A stretch of DNA of 64,000 bases from an uncultured Methanosarcinaceae archaeon. GTDB taxonomy: Archaea; Halobacteriota; Methanosarcinia; Methanosarcinales; Methanosarcinaceae. Numbering within the stretch: the stretch's first letter is position 1; every line of letters begins with the position of its first letter. The notes under the pieces were generated by a model. That model did not search any database. It worked only from the letters and a program-made list of their open reading frames with translations, and was not told the DNA's origin. Position numbers and translations under genes: made by a program. The stretch spans positions 224,001 through 288,000 of the forward strand of contig CAVSHT010000012.1 in assembly GCA_963727895.1 (NCBI GenBank). Direction: 5' to 3'. Shown here one piece after another: positions 22,018-32,696 of the stretch.

Positions 22018-22893
22018 ATGTTTGAAGGAACGATGCCTGCCCTGATAACTCCTTTTACAAAGGATGATAAAATTGACAGGGAAGGCCTACAAAGGAATAT
22101 TGAATTTGTTGAAGAGGGAGGAGTTTCAGGGATTGTACCCTGTGGCACCACTGGAGAGTCTGCGACTCTTTCCGCACGTGAGCATGAAGAAGTCATAGAA
22201 ATTGCAGTAGAATGTTCAAAGGTTCCTGTGATTGCAGGAACAGGTTCAAACAATACAGGGGAAGCTCTCCAGTTTACAAAACACGCTGCAGACGCAGGTG
22301 TCGATGGTGTACTTCTAATTTCTCCCTACTATAACAAACCAAATCCTGCAGGTCTGCTTGCACATTTTACGAAAATTGCAGAGGCAGTCGACGTTCCTAT
22401 GGTTATGTATAACGTCCCTTCCCGTACAGGTCAGGACATGCCACTAGAAGTTATTGTCGAACTTGCAGAAGTTGAAAATATTGTGGGAATTAAAGAAGCT
22501 AGTGGAAAAGTTGAGAAAGTTTCTCAGATTCTGGAAAATACTGTAGATGAAGATTTCGCAGTTATTTCAGGTGAAGATAGTTTGACTCTCCCTATTCTCT
22601 CTGTAGGAGGTAGTGGAGTCATTTCAGTTGCTGCAAATATAGTTCCTGACAGGATGTCCAATATGGTAAATGTAGCTCTTGCAGGAGATTACGACACCGC
22701 AAGGAAGATTCACTTTGAAATTGCTCCTCTGATTCGTGCCCTTTTCCTGGAAACAAATCCAATACCAGTTAAAAAGGCTGCGGAACTTTTAGGTCTTGCA
22801 AGTGGGAACCTTAGACTTCCACTCGCTCCCCTTAGTGAGCCAAATACTCAGAAAGTTGCAGATGAACTCAGGAAATTGGGGGTTATAGAGTGA
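22018..22893 (+). CDS. dapA: 4-hydroxy-tetrahydrodipicolinate synthase
   Basis: GTTGES, PYYNKP, YNVPSRTG, GIKEAS and ETNPIPVK. Confidence 0.95.
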   Translation: MFEGTMPALITPFTKDDKIDREGLQRNIEFVEEGGVSGIVPCGTTGESATLSAREHEEVIEIAVECSKVPVIAGTGSNNTGEALQFTKHAADAGVDGVLLISPYYNKPNPAGLLAHFTKIAEAVDVPMVMYNVPSRTGQDMPLEVIVELAEVENIVGIKEASGKVEKVSQILENTVDEDFAVISGEDSLTLPILSVGGSGVISVAANIVPDRMSNMVNVALAGDYDTARKIHFEIAPLIRALFLETNPIPVKKAAELLGLASGNLRLPLAPLSEPNTQKVADELRKLGVIE

Positions 22894-23681
22894 CTAATGT
22901 AGCAGTACTCGGAGCCTGCGGTAGAATGGGCTCTTTAATTGTGGAGAACGTTACCAGCTCTGAGGATATGCAGGTTGTTGCTGCTTTTGATATCGCCAAT
23001 TTCGGAAAGGACGTGGGAGAATTTGCCCATGTAGGGAATTTGGGAGTCAAGATTTCAGATGTAAAATATCTTGGTATTGTATTAAAAGAAAGCAAGGCTG
23101 ACGTCCTGATAGACTTTACCGTAGCTGGCGCAACCGTAATTAATGCTTCTATTGCAGCTATATCTGGGGTGAACCTTATAATCGGAACTACTGGACTTAC
23201 TCCAGAGCAGCGAGCAGTAATTGGCGAGGCTATCAAAGAAGGTCAGGTAAGTGCTGTAATCTCTCCAAACTATTCTGTAGGAGTCAACGTCTTTTTCAAG
23301 ATAATAAAAGAAGCTGCAAAATATCTTGCTGATTATGATATCGAGATAATAGAAGCTCATCATAACCAGAAAAAAGATGCTCCAAGTGGAACCGCCCTTA
23401 AGGCAGCTGACGTTATCAGTGAAGCTCTTGGCGGAAAAGATTATGTCTACGGTAGAGAAGGCATTGCCCCACGTGGAAAAGAAATAGGGATTCATGCAGT
23501 TCGTGCTGGAGATATAACAGGCGATCATACTGTTCTTTTTGCAGGAAATTCTGAAAGAATTGAGATAAAGCACATGGCTCATTCCCGTCAGATCTTTGCC
23601 AAAGGCGCAGTCCGTGCAGCTGAATGGGTCTGCAAGCAGAAACCTGGAATTTATTCCATGGATGATGTGCTCGGTTTATAA
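22890..23681 (+). CDS. dapB: 4-hydroxy-tetrahydrodipicolinate reductase
   Basis: GACGRMG, IDFT, GTTG and EAHHNQKKDAPSGTA. Confidence 0.95.
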   Translation: MTNVAVLGACGRMGSLIVENVTSSEDMQVVAAFDIANFGKDVGEFAHVGNLGVKISDVKYLGIVLKESKADVLIDFTVAGATVINASIAAISGVNLIIGTTGLTPEQRAVIGEAIKEGQVSAVISPNYSVGVNVFFKIIKEAAKYLADYDIEIIEAHHNQKKDAPSGTALKAADVISEALGGKDYVYGREGIAPRGKEIGIHAVRAGDITGDHTVLFAGNSERIEIKHMAHSRQIFAKGAVRAAEWVCKQKPGIYSMDDVLGL

Positions 23682-24299
23682 AAAATAAATAACTCCTCCA
23701 CTTAAAAGAGTTTTGAATAACTATTTTAGGTCTGGAGTTTTCTTTAAATTTCACTTGTTTTCATTCCGGCTATGCCTGTTTATTTTCTTTTTTCTAATTT
23801 TTGTTAATGTAACCCACCATCTTATCTTTATTTTATACTGTTGCTTTTGTGTATATTCACTCAAAACTTATAAATATATGTAAATAGGAAATAGGATACT
23901 GCTTGCTTGCAAGTATATAATAGCCCTGAAATCTCAAAATATCATCCCACAACAATAGGGATACTTGCTTGCAAGCAATATTTTGTAAAATAGCGCCCTA
24001 AAAAAACTACTGCAAGCGTGGACAAAAAAGATCGAGATCAAAACAAAATCTGTAAACTATCCTTAATTTGACAGAAGTTATTAATTTGTGAAGTAAGCTC
24101 TTACAAAAGACACTTTGCATCGGCGTAGAATTTTTTGGAAAAATGAAAATATCAAAAATCAAAGAATATAAAATATAAATTACAGTTGTAGGTAAAAAAC
24201 ACAAGCATATAGCGGATTTATTCATCATAATATTCATACTTCTGTCAAATTCGGGAACTATAATAGGCTTGGGTTTAGATAGAATATTTTTCAGTCTAG

Positions 24300-24434
24300 T
24301 TACTCATGACTGAAGATAAGCCCTGAACTCAAGTCTTCAATTCTGTCTGCAGCAACAAGATTTCCTTGTATACCCAGCTTTTTTCCTTTCTCCCATTTCC
24401 CATGAATAAGAAGCTTATCCGCTGCAGGATACAT
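24300..24434 (-). CDS. 44-aa small ORF or gene remnant
   Basis: MYPAADKLLIHGKWEKGKKLGIQGNLVAADRIEDLSSGLIFSHE begins 25 nt after the upstream stop and has coding-like composition. Confidence 0.35.
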   Translation of the reverse strand: MYPAADKLLIHGKWEKGKKLGIQGNLVAADRIEDLSSGLIFSHE

Positions 24435-24459
24435 TATTAAAAAATCACAAACAAACTCA

Positions 24460-24933
24460 TTACTTTAAACTTTTAATAAGATTCTGAAAGCGCTTTTCGT
24501 CCGCTATCTTCTGGGTATTGAGCATCCTTTTAAATTCGTCTGCACCTTTTTCCTTACCTTTACCTTCAACCTTGTCCTTTAATTCCATTGAAGCCCGAAG
24601 AATTCCAGTTGCCTCTTCATAGAGAGCTTCAGCCTCTGCTCTTGTAAGGTTCTCGGTCTCTAGCAGTTCTTCGTCTACTTTTGCCTTTTCCTTCAGTTTT
24701 GGGATCAGATCCTTGATTTCAGAAGTTTTATCTGTATCAAGTGATTCTTTTTCTTTCAGCTCTTGAACCAGATCCCTAAGCCTATACTCTTTTCCGTCAA
24801 TTTCCACGCTTTCAGGGATTTTCTTTCCTGCCCAGGCAAAATCACTCTTGAGGCTCCAGAGAAATTTATTGCGCTCTTCATAATCAAGATATTTTTCGTT
24901 TTCTTCTTTCTTGTCATTATCTTTTATTATCAT
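24460..24933 (-). CDS. Helical hypothetical protein (DUF5788-like), paralogue 1
   Basis: ERNKFLWSLKSDFAWAGKKIPESVEIDG..LYEEATGILRA. Confidence 0.75.
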   Translation of the reverse strand: MIIKDNDKKEENEKYLDYEERNKFLWSLKSDFAWAGKKIPESVEIDGKEYRLRDLVQELKEKESLDTDKTSEIKDLIPKLKEKAKVDEELLETENLTRAEAEALYEEATGILRASMELKDKVEGKGKEKGADEFKRMLNTQKIADEKRFQNLIKSLK

Positions 24934-25092
24934 GAGCAAATCTCCCTATAAATTAATAGTAATTGTAAAGGAATAAGCAACTGTACTACAGGATTATATC
25001 CAGCTCATACTGACTTAATACGATCTACTTCAATTGTATGAGAAATCCCAAAATAAAAATAATAATTGGTTTTTAGCTTATAATAAGCATAT

Positions 25093-25560
25093 TTAAAGCA
25101 AATTTTCAGCTATATTTTCCGAAATTACGTGCTCACAGTAAAGACAGCGGAGAATCACTCCTTCTTCTGACTGAAGCACTGAAAATTTGGATTTTAGAGG
25201 TTCTTTGCTATTAGAAATACAGTTTGCATTAATACAGCGGACAACACCTTCAACATAAGAAGGAGGCACAACATTATTTTTTTGGACTACTTCAAAATCC
25301 CTGATGATATTGATAGTAGCATTCGGAGAAATAAGTGCAATCCTGTTAAGCTCTTCTACACTCAGTTCTTTACCCTCGATTTTCACAACGTCTTTTTTGC
25401 CTCTGGAACCAAGTGCATTCATAACAAAACTTATAGTTGCCCGAAAATAACTGGAAATTCCAAGTATGCGTAGAACGTTTAAAGCCTGCCCTGCTTTTAT
25501 ATGGTCAATAACTGTTCCGTTTTCAATTGCCTGAATTTTCAGGTCTCGTTTTTCCTTCAT
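25093..25560 (-). CDS. pyrI: Aspartate carbamoyltransferase regulatory chain
   Basis: IENGTVIDHI, KKDVVKIE, and Zn ligands CINANC/CLYC. Confidence 0.95.
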   Translation of the reverse strand: MKEKRDLKIQAIENGTVIDHIKAGQALNVLRILGISSYFRATISFVMNALGSRGKKDVVKIEGKELSVEELNRIALISPNATINIIRDFEVVQKNNVVPPSYVEGVVRCINANCISNSKEPLKSKFSVLQSEEGVILRCLYCEHVISENIAENLL

Positions 25561-26483
25561 TCAATCACTCCCATTGCAAGAGCAAGAAGTGCCATTCGAG
25601 TAGGAACCCCATAGAAAGCCTGCTTGAAATAACATGCATAAGGCGTTGAATCAACTTCAGGGGAAATTTCGTTGACCCTTGGGAGAGGATGCAGAATTTT
25701 GAGTCTTGGATCTACATTTTTCAGAAGGTCGCCTGTAACCTTCAATCTATTTTTCACCTTTTCATACTCTTCAGGATCCGGAAAACGTTCTCTTTGCACC
25801 CTTGTCATATACAGAACCTCAACGTCTTCAATTATTTCCTCAAGGGAATCGGTTTCTCTTATCCTGATATTATTCTTTTGAAGATCTCTGATAATCTCTG
25901 GAGGCATTTTGAGTTCAGGAGGTGAAACAAAAGTCATTTCAGCTCCATACAGAGATAAGGCATGACATAAGGAGTGAACTGTTCTTCCGTACTTCAGGTC
26001 TCCTGCCATAGCGATCTTCAGGCCTTCAAGATGACTTTCCCTGCGAATAGTATAAAGGTCAAGGAAAGTTTGTGTAGGATGATGCAAAGATCCATCCCCA
26101 CCGTTTATTACAGGGACACTTGCAAATTCTGTTGCCATCCTTGCTGATCCATCAAGAGGATGACGCATTACTATAAGATCTGCATAGTTGCTAATTATAC
26201 GGATAGTATCAGCAAGATTTTCTCCTTTCATTACTGAACTTGCCTCTACAGAACCCATACTAAGAATTTGTCCTCCAAGTCTCTGCGTAGCAACTTCAAA
26301 AGATAATCTTGTCCTTGTGCTTGGTTCAAAAAAAAGAAGAGCTATAATTTTTCCATCCAGTAGCCTGGATCTTTCATCACCTCTGGCTACAGGTTCAAGC
26401 TTTTCTGCAGTATCAAGAATATAGTCAATTTCCTGCCGCGAAAAGTCTTTCATCGAGATGACGTTTCTGTTCTTAAATAACAT
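25557..26483 (-). CDS. pyrB: Aspartate carbamoyltransferase catalytic chain
   Basis: FFEPSTRTRLSF, HPTQ and HPLPR. Confidence 0.95.
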   Translation of the reverse strand: MLFKNRNVISMKDFSRQEIDYILDTAEKLEPVARGDERSRLLDGKIIALLFFEPSTRTRLSFEVATQRLGGQILSMGSVEASSVMKGENLADTIRIISNYADLIVMRHPLDGSARMATEFASVPVINGGDGSLHHPTQTFLDLYTIRRESHLEGLKIAMAGDLKYGRTVHSLCHALSLYGAEMTFVSPPELKMPPEIIRDLQKNNIRIRETDSLEEIIEDVEVLYMTRVQRERFPDPEEYEKVKNRLKVTGDLLKNVDPRLKILHPLPRVNEISPEVDSTPYACYFKQAFYGVPTRMALLALAMGVIE

Positions 26484-26585
26484 CCTATTTTCATAAAATG
26501 ATTCCCAGAGATATAACCTTTGCTCCAGAAATTTCTAAGAGTTATGGAAAATTACTTTTTTCCTTGAATTTTCTGATTTGGCACT

Positions 26586-27062
26586 TCACTTTGAGACTTT
26601 ATTAAGAAATTCAAGCCAGAGTTTTGCATCTTTAGTCCTCTGATTGGCAAACTGTTCTTGAAAACGTTTTGTATTCTGCTGATAGTCCCCGCTTTCTATT
26701 TCCTTCATCTCAGTTATTGCACGCAATAAACCTGCAGTCTCATGATAGAGATTTCTTGCTTCTTCAGAAGTTAGGGAACTTTCTTCCAATTCTTTTTCAT
26801 CTTTTTTTTCCTTTGATGAAATTATTCTAATACATTGATCAATTCTTGATTTCTCATCTGTACTAAGTTTGTCTTTTTGAACTAATTCCCAAATGTAGTT
26901 ATGTAAAGGATAAGATTCTCCCTCAACTTCCACGTGATCAGGGATATACTGACCAACCCAGAAAAGGCGAGAATGCAGAGCCGAAAGCAACTGCTTGCGT
27001 TTTTCATCAGTTATATAAGTTTCTGATGGTTTATTTTCTTTAGTTTCATTGTTTTTTCCCAC
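26586..27062 (-). CDS. Helical hypothetical protein (DUF5788-like), paralogue 2
   Basis: KRKQLLSALHSRLFWVGQYIPDHVEVEG..LYHETAGLLRA; aligns by eye with 24460-24933. Confidence 0.75.
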   Translation of the reverse strand: MGKNNETKENKPSETYITDEKRKQLLSALHSRLFWVGQYIPDHVEVEGESYPLHNYIWELVQKDKLSTDEKSRIDQCIRIISSKEKKDEKELEESSLTSEEARNLYHETAGLLRAITEMKEIESGDYQQNTKRFQEQFANQRTKDAKLWLEFLNKVSK

Positions 27063-27464
27063 TGTCTCCCTCCTGAGAGATTATGTACTCATCAAATTAA
27101 TATGACAACTTGTTAATATTCGCTTTATCTCTAGAACTTCAGATATAAAAAAATACCATTAACAAAAAAACAATTGCAAATAAAAAGAAATATAGGTAAT
27201 GAAAAACTCACATACAAAAATGAGGCAATATAACTCAAATTAAAAGAATAAAATAAAAAGAATTAATTAAAAAATTATTTAAATACTATTTATATAATAT
27301 TTATAGATTCTTTAATGACTATTTAAAGACTATCGATATATACAAAATCCAGAAATTCTGAGAGTATATCTGGAGCAAAAAGATGGAATGAAGCCATATA
27401 GGATAGCTGATATAAAAATGCTTGAAAATCTTAGCTTTTTCGATTTCACGTTTGAGGTGATAAC

Positions 27465-28745
27465 ATAATCCCTATAATTCAGGTTGCACTTGATCTTCTA
27501 GAATTAGACCGTGCAGTAGAAATTGCAAAAGAGGCAATAGCAGGGGGTGCGGACTGGATCGAAATTGGAACTCCTCTGATCAAAAGTGAGGGAATGGACG
27601 CAATCCGCACTATGAGAAGAGCCTTTCCAGACCGTACGATTCTAGCAGATATGAAAACCGTGGATACAGGAGCTATAGAAGTCGAAATGGCAGCAAAAGC
27701 TGGGGCTGATGTTGTTATTGTATTAGGAAGCGCAGATGACTCTACATTACTTGATGCGCTCCGTTCAGCTCATAAATATGGGGTCAGGTTGATGGCAGAC
27801 CTTATTTCGGCTCCTGATCCTGTAAAAAGAGTTGTTGAACTCGAGTCTCTGGGTGTGGACTATGTTAATGTACATATAGGCATAGACCAACAGATGATGG
27901 GAAAAGATCCCATATCTCTTCTTAAAGAAATTTCGCAGAGAGCCAATGTACAGCTTGCAGTTGCTGGAGGGCTTGATGCAAATAGTGCAGTCCAGGCTGT
28001 CAAAGCTGGAGCCAGAGTCATAATTGTCGGAGGCAATATCACTCATTCTGACAATGTGAATGAAGCTGCCAGAAAAATCCGGCATAGTGTAGACTCGCCG
28101 GATGCTGTTGAAGTTCGCAGTGTCGGTACTATAGACAAGGAAATAAGGGAAATTCTAAAGGAAGTTTCTACTTCAAATATTTCCGATGCCATGCACAGAA
28201 AAGGAGCAATGAAAGGCATTCATCCTCTGGTAAGAGGGAAAATGGTCGGAACTGCAGTTACAGTGCAGACTTTTCCAGGAGACTGGGCAAAGCCCGTGGA
28301 AGCAATTGATGTTGCAAAAGAAGGAGATGTCATCGTAATTTACAACGAGAACAAGGATATTGCTTGCTGGGGAGGACTTGCAACCTGGAGTTCCTTGAAT
28401 AAGGGGATTGCAGGCGTGGTAATAGAAGGTGCTGTAAGGGATATTGATGAGGTCGAAAACCTAGGACTTCCGATTTATACAAGCAATACAGTACCTAATG
28501 CAGGAGATCCTAAAGGGTTTGGAGAAATCAATGCTGAAATTACCTGTGGTGGACAGGCCGTAAAGCCAGGAGATTACATAGTGGGCGATGAGAGTGGTGT
28601 TGTAGTAATTCCAGCAGAAAGGGCATATGAATTGGCAAGAAGAGCAAAAGAAGTTTATAAAACCGAAAAAAGACTCTTTGATGAGATCAAAAGAGGAGGA
28701 ACTCTGTCTGAGATTATGAACCTTAAGAAATGGGAAAAACATTGA
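27465..28745 (+). CDS. 3-hexulose-6-phosphate synthase (OMPDC fold) fused to an RraA/HMG-aldolase-like domain; non-canonical start
   Basis: [21 protein letters not shown] is in frame upstream of ATG 27594; [10 protein letters not shown]-terminal GAVRD and [10 protein letters not shown]. Confidence 0.85.
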   Translation: MIPIIQVALDLLELDRAVEIAKEAIAGGADWIEIGTPLIKSEGMDAIRTMRRAFPDRTILADMKTVDTGAIEVEMAAKAGADVVIVLGSADDSTLLDALRSAHKYGVRLMADLISAPDPVKRVVELESLGVDYVNVHIGIDQQMMGKDPISLLKEISQRANVQLAVAGGLDANSAVQAVKAGARVIIVGGNITHSDNVNEAARKIRHSVDSPDAVEVRSVGTIDKEIREILKEVSTSNISDAMHRKGAMKGIHPLVRGKMVGTAVTVQTFPGDWAKPVEAIDVAKEGDVIVIYNENKDIACWGGLATWSSLNKGIAGVVIEGAVRDIDEVENLGLPIYTSNTVPNAGDPKGFGEINAEITCGGQAVKPGDYIVGDESGVVVIPAERAYELARRAKEVYKTEKRLFDEIKRGGTLSEIMNLKKWEKH

Positions 28746-28859
28746 GTAATCCCATTTTTGGATACTCAGACTAAATAACAAAACAAAAATATTAAGTGAG
28801 AATACAAAGACCAGAAAACCGTAAAAATTGAAAAAGACCGCGAGATTTGCAAAAAAATT

Positions 28860-31532
28860 TTACTCATCGTCTTCAGACTGAGAAAAGCAAACTCTGGACA
28901 GAAGAAGAGCTTTTACAAATTTAACTTCTTCTTTCTGGCAATTCTCACCTAATCTTGCTCTAAGTAAAGAATCCAATTCTGTTTCTAAAGTCTCCAGTGA
29001 AGCTTTTACTGACGGTTGTTTTCTTGGAGGGAAAAGTCCTCCAATACTCTTGATTTTTCCAGAAAGAGCAAACTGTTCAAGTTGTTTGAAAACAGTCTTA
29101 ATACTTATGTCCTGGATGTCAGCAATCTCATCGATTCCAAGCCCTTTATTTAAAAGAGAATAAGTTCTTTGCAGAGAATCCATTTCATAATAACCGGACT
29201 CAAAAGGATCTATTCTTGTGATATCCCACGCTCTTGATTCAGAAGAGATCTTTTTCAAGTCTATTTCACTTGAAAAGCTTGTCGAAGAGTTTTCTTCTGA
29301 CCAGTCCTGAATGTTCGTGTCCAGATACCTTGCTGTCTTTGTCGGTAAGTTACAAACTTCTGAATTATTTGTGCTGTCAGATTCAAAATCGGGAATTTTA
29401 GCCTCAGAGAGTTTGATTTCAATTTTAGGGTTTTCTTCATTTTGATTAGGTTCTGAGGGTATTTTCTCTTTTTCAGGGTCTTTAAAGACAACCTCTGATT
29501 TTTCAGGTATTTTGGCAGGTAGCAAACTGTAGTCTCTGCAATAGTTTTCGATTTCCTTGAGGAAAACATTACCGTATTTTTTTAGTTTGTATTCTCCTAC
29601 TCCTGTAATGGAATGAAATTCTTCAGAGCTGTGTGGAAATCTTGAAGTCATCTCTTTAAGGGACGTATCAGAAAAAATAATGTACGGAGGAAGATTTTTC
29701 TTTATAGCAATTTCCTTCCTCAGAGTTTTTAGCCGCTCAAAAAGTATAAGATCAGGCTCTTTTCCATATTTTATTGTTTTTCTCGTTTCTGATGAGTTTA
29801 TTATATCAGCATCAATTGAAAATTTTTCTGAAAAAGTTTCTTCCGCAGAAAAGCAAGGATCATCGGCTTTTTTGCTTTTTATACTGGCATTTGGAAGTGC
29901 CAAACTTTCTGCAGCCTCAGGTGAAAATCCTTCAGGGCAGACAAGCTCTATTTGTCCCGAGCCTTTCAGTATTTTTCTGCTCATGGAGTTTAGCTTCAAT
30001 ACAGGATATTGTGCTCCGCTTACATTAAGAATTCCAGTATTTATCATTTCAGAGGCTAATGACCGCCATTGTTCTTTTGTAAACTCACGACCAATACCAT
30101 GGCTTTTCAATTTTTCGTGGTGGTTTTGGCGAATTTTTTTATTATTTGAGCCTAGGAGCACATCAATAACATAGTTCGTGCCAAAGCGCTGGTTAAGTTC
30201 CTGGACACAGGTTATCAATTTCTTTGCAGCTTCAGTTCCATCAAAAGTACCTTTTGGATTCAGGCAACAGTCACAGTTCCCACAGGGTTCTGAGAGTTCC
30301 TCGCCAAAGTATTCCATCAGGGTTTGTCGTCTACATTTATTTCCCTCACAATAAGCTACCATCTGCCTTAATTGCACCAGAGAAATATCCTTTTCCTTCT
30401 CATTTGTCTTCTGTGAAATAAAATACTCTATCTTGAAGCGATCTCCTCTACTGAAAAAGAGAATACATTCACATGGACTTCCGTCTCTTCCCCCTCTACC
30501 AGTTTCCTGATAGTAACTTTCAAGATTTCTGGGAAGATCATAGTGTATTACAAAACGAACATTAGACTTATCAATTCCCATCCCAAAAGCAATTGTAGCG
30601 ACTATAATGTCTATGTCGTCTTTTATGAACATCTCCTGGTTTCGGGATCTTTCAGAATCTGAAAGACCTGCATGGTAGGGAAGAGCCCTGAAACCTGCGA
30701 CGGTCAACTTTTTTGTGAGGGTTTCAACACTATTTCTACTTTGGCAGTAGATAATTCCTGCTTCTCCTCTATGCCTGCGTAGATAGTCAGTAATTTCGGA
30801 AAAAGTCTCTTTCTTTGGTCTTATCTCGTAGTAGAGATTTTTCCGGTTAAAACTGGCTACATAAGGGCCTTTTTCTGGAGAGAGGTGAAGATTGAGTTGC
30901 GATATTATATCTTCTCGAACTCTTTCGGTGGCTGTTGCCGTAAGTGCAATAATTGGAATCTCAGGAAAGCCTGTTTTGGAATCCCTTAATAATTTTAGTT
31001 TTCGGTATTCAGGTCTGAAATCGTGACCCCATTCGGAAATACAGTGAGCTTCGTCAATTGCAAGGAGACTGACTTTTCCTTTCTTTAATAATGCAAGGGT
31101 TCCTGGCATCATGAGTCTTTCTGGGGCAACATAAAGAATTTTTAATCGGTTTTCAAGAAAAGCAGTCTTTACGTCTCTGTTTTCTCTGGCGCTCTGAGTG
31201 CTGTTCATACAGGCTGCAGCAATCCCATTTGCTTCAAGCCCGTCAACCTGGTCTTTCATAAGGGAAATCAGAGGAGAAACAACAATTGTAACCCCCTCCA
31301 TAAGAAGGGCAGGCAGCTGGTAGCAGATTGATTTTCCTCCACCTGTAGGCATGAGAACAAAAACATCTTTTCTTTCCAGAACATCCCTGATGATTGCTTC
31401 CTGCAAAGGGCGAAAAGAAGTATATCCAAAATATTGGTGCAGAGCTGAATATATGCTGGTAGATAGGGAATATCTGGAATCAAGCTCTTGTTTACTTGCC
31501 CTCAATAAATTATACTCAGTGCTCGTTTTCAA
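28860..31532 (-). CDS. recQ: ATP-dependent DNA helicase RecQ
   Basis: MPTGGGKS, DEAHCISEWGHDFRP and QETGRGGRDG; Zn/RQC and HRDC regions; extended C-terminus. Confidence 0.95.
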   Translation of the reverse strand: MKTSTEYNLLRASKQELDSRYSLSTSIYSALHQYFGYTSFRPLQEAIIRDVLERKDVFVLMPTGGGKSICYQLPALLMEGVTIVVSPLISLMKDQVDGLEANGIAAACMNSTQSARENRDVKTAFLENRLKILYVAPERLMMPGTLALLKKGKVSLLAIDEAHCISEWGHDFRPEYRKLKLLRDSKTGFPEIPIIALTATATERVREDIISQLNLHLSPEKGPYVASFNRKNLYYEIRPKKETFSEITDYLRRHRGEAGIIYCQSRNSVETLTKKLTVAGFRALPYHAGLSDSERSRNQEMFIKDDIDIIVATIAFGMGIDKSNVRFVIHYDLPRNLESYYQETGRGGRDGSPCECILFFSRGDRFKIEYFISQKTNEKEKDISLVQLRQMVAYCEGNKCRRQTLMEYFGEELSEPCGNCDCCLNPKGTFDGTEAAKKLITCVQELNQRFGTNYVIDVLLGSNNKKIRQNHHEKLKSHGIGREFTKEQWRSLASEMINTGILNVSGAQYPVLKLNSMSRKILKGSGQIELVCPEGFSPEAAESLALPNASIKSKKADDPCFSAEETFSEKFSIDADIINSSETRKTIKYGKEPDLILFERLKTLRKEIAIKKNLPPYIIFSDTSLKEMTSRFPHSSEEFHSITGVGEYKLKKYGNVFLKEIENYCRDYSLLPAKIPEKSEVVFKDPEKEKIPSEPNQNEENPKIEIKLSEAKIPDFESDSTNNSEVCNLPTKTARYLDTNIQDWSEENSSTSFSSEIDLKKISSESRAWDITRIDPFESGYYEMDSLQRTYSLLNKGLGIDEIADIQDISIKTVFKQLEQFALSGKIKSIGGLFPPRKQPSVKASLETLETELDSLLRARLGENCQKEEVKFVKALLLSRVCFSQSEDDE

Positions 31533-32139
31533 ATCCTCCTGACCTTTAAATTAAGGTCATGCCAGAATTAAACCCCGGAAGATCCGGGAAAATTAAAACA
31601 TAGATATGTTTTTATGTACAGACATATCCTCAATACTTTGATTTTTACAATAAAAAGTTTTATGAGAACTGTTTTTGATATATTATCACATTGATAAATT
31701 ATCAAATGTTATGGGGTCAGATATAATATAAAATATGTCAGGTCTAAAATCTTAACGCTTTGATGTTTCAAATTCATAATATTTAAGTTACAGGTGTGCA
31801 GAGTGAAAGTATTTGGTTATATACACAATTGGGGATCTTGACATGTAATATACTATATATAGTATCTTTTAAAAATATTTGAAAAATGTATTAAGATATC
31901 AACGAGTATAACAGAAAGTTGGAATAAGATCGAAAATTAGAAAGACAATAGACGGTTTACTGGTTTATGGTGTTAACATTATTAATGTTTGATTTGGAGA
32001 CAAAGATAGGAAGATCAGGAGTGTGGATACACCCAGGCACTCTTTATCTTCCTCTTAAGATATCTTTTTACCAATCAGCCTTCTTTTCCAAAATTTTCAA
32101 CTCGTGCACATTTATTCCTTATCCAAAACTTTTGGCCTA

Positions 32140-32274
32140 TTAATCTGTAAATTCCTTTTCTTTTGCCATCCACTCAAGAGTATCGGCTATTTTTTTCTGT
32201 GACTCTGCCAGACTCTCTAGAGATTTTGCAATGTTTTCAAGTTTATTAATTATCTCATAGTCTTCACTGCCCAT
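32140..32274 (-). CDS. 44-aa small coiled-coil protein
   Basis: MGSEDYEIINKLENIAKSLESLAESQKKIADTLEWMAKEKEFTD shows a heptad pattern; AGGGGT RBS-like sequence and a TTATATA box lie upstream; alternative GTG start at 32283. Confidence 0.6.
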   Translation of the reverse strand: MGSEDYEIINKLENIAKSLESLAESQKKIADTLEWMAKEKEFTD

Positions 32275-32455
32275 TCCTGTCACTAACCCCTTTCTATTCT
32301 TTTTGATATGAATATTCTTAGAAAAGCTTTGTATATAATTCTAATTTTTGATTTTCTGAAAAGAGTACACTTTTATTTCTGATACCCTTTTTTCAGTTTC
32401 TTGAATACGATTTTAGATATACATTTTCTACAAGATCAAAAAATGTTCTTAATAA

Positions 32456-32540
32456 TGCGAGGGGTGCGATTCGAACGCACGAATTCCTACGAAAATGGGT
32501 CCTAAGCCCATCGCCTTTGACCTGGCTGGGCAACCCTCGC
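32456..32540 (-). tRNA. tRNA-Leu(TAG)
   Basis: Cloverleaf GCGAGGG../..CCCTCGCA with anticodon arm ATGGG-CTTAGGA-CCCAT, long variable arm and GTTCGAATC. Confidence 0.95.
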
Positions 32541-32624
32541 ATAATGTTTATCTTATTTCTCTTATTTCGATATATTTATAGAAAATAGGAAAAAGAATAG
32601 TTTAATTTTTTAAAAATTATTTAA

Positions 32625-32696
32625 TGCGCCGACCGGGATTTGAACCCGGGTTTTGGGCTTGGAAGGCCCAAGTCATAGCCACTAGACCATCAACGC
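32625..32696 (-). tRNA. tRNA-Gly(TCC)
   Basis: Anticodon arm TGGGC-CTTCCAA-GCCCA and GGTTCAAATCC T-arm. Confidence 0.95.
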
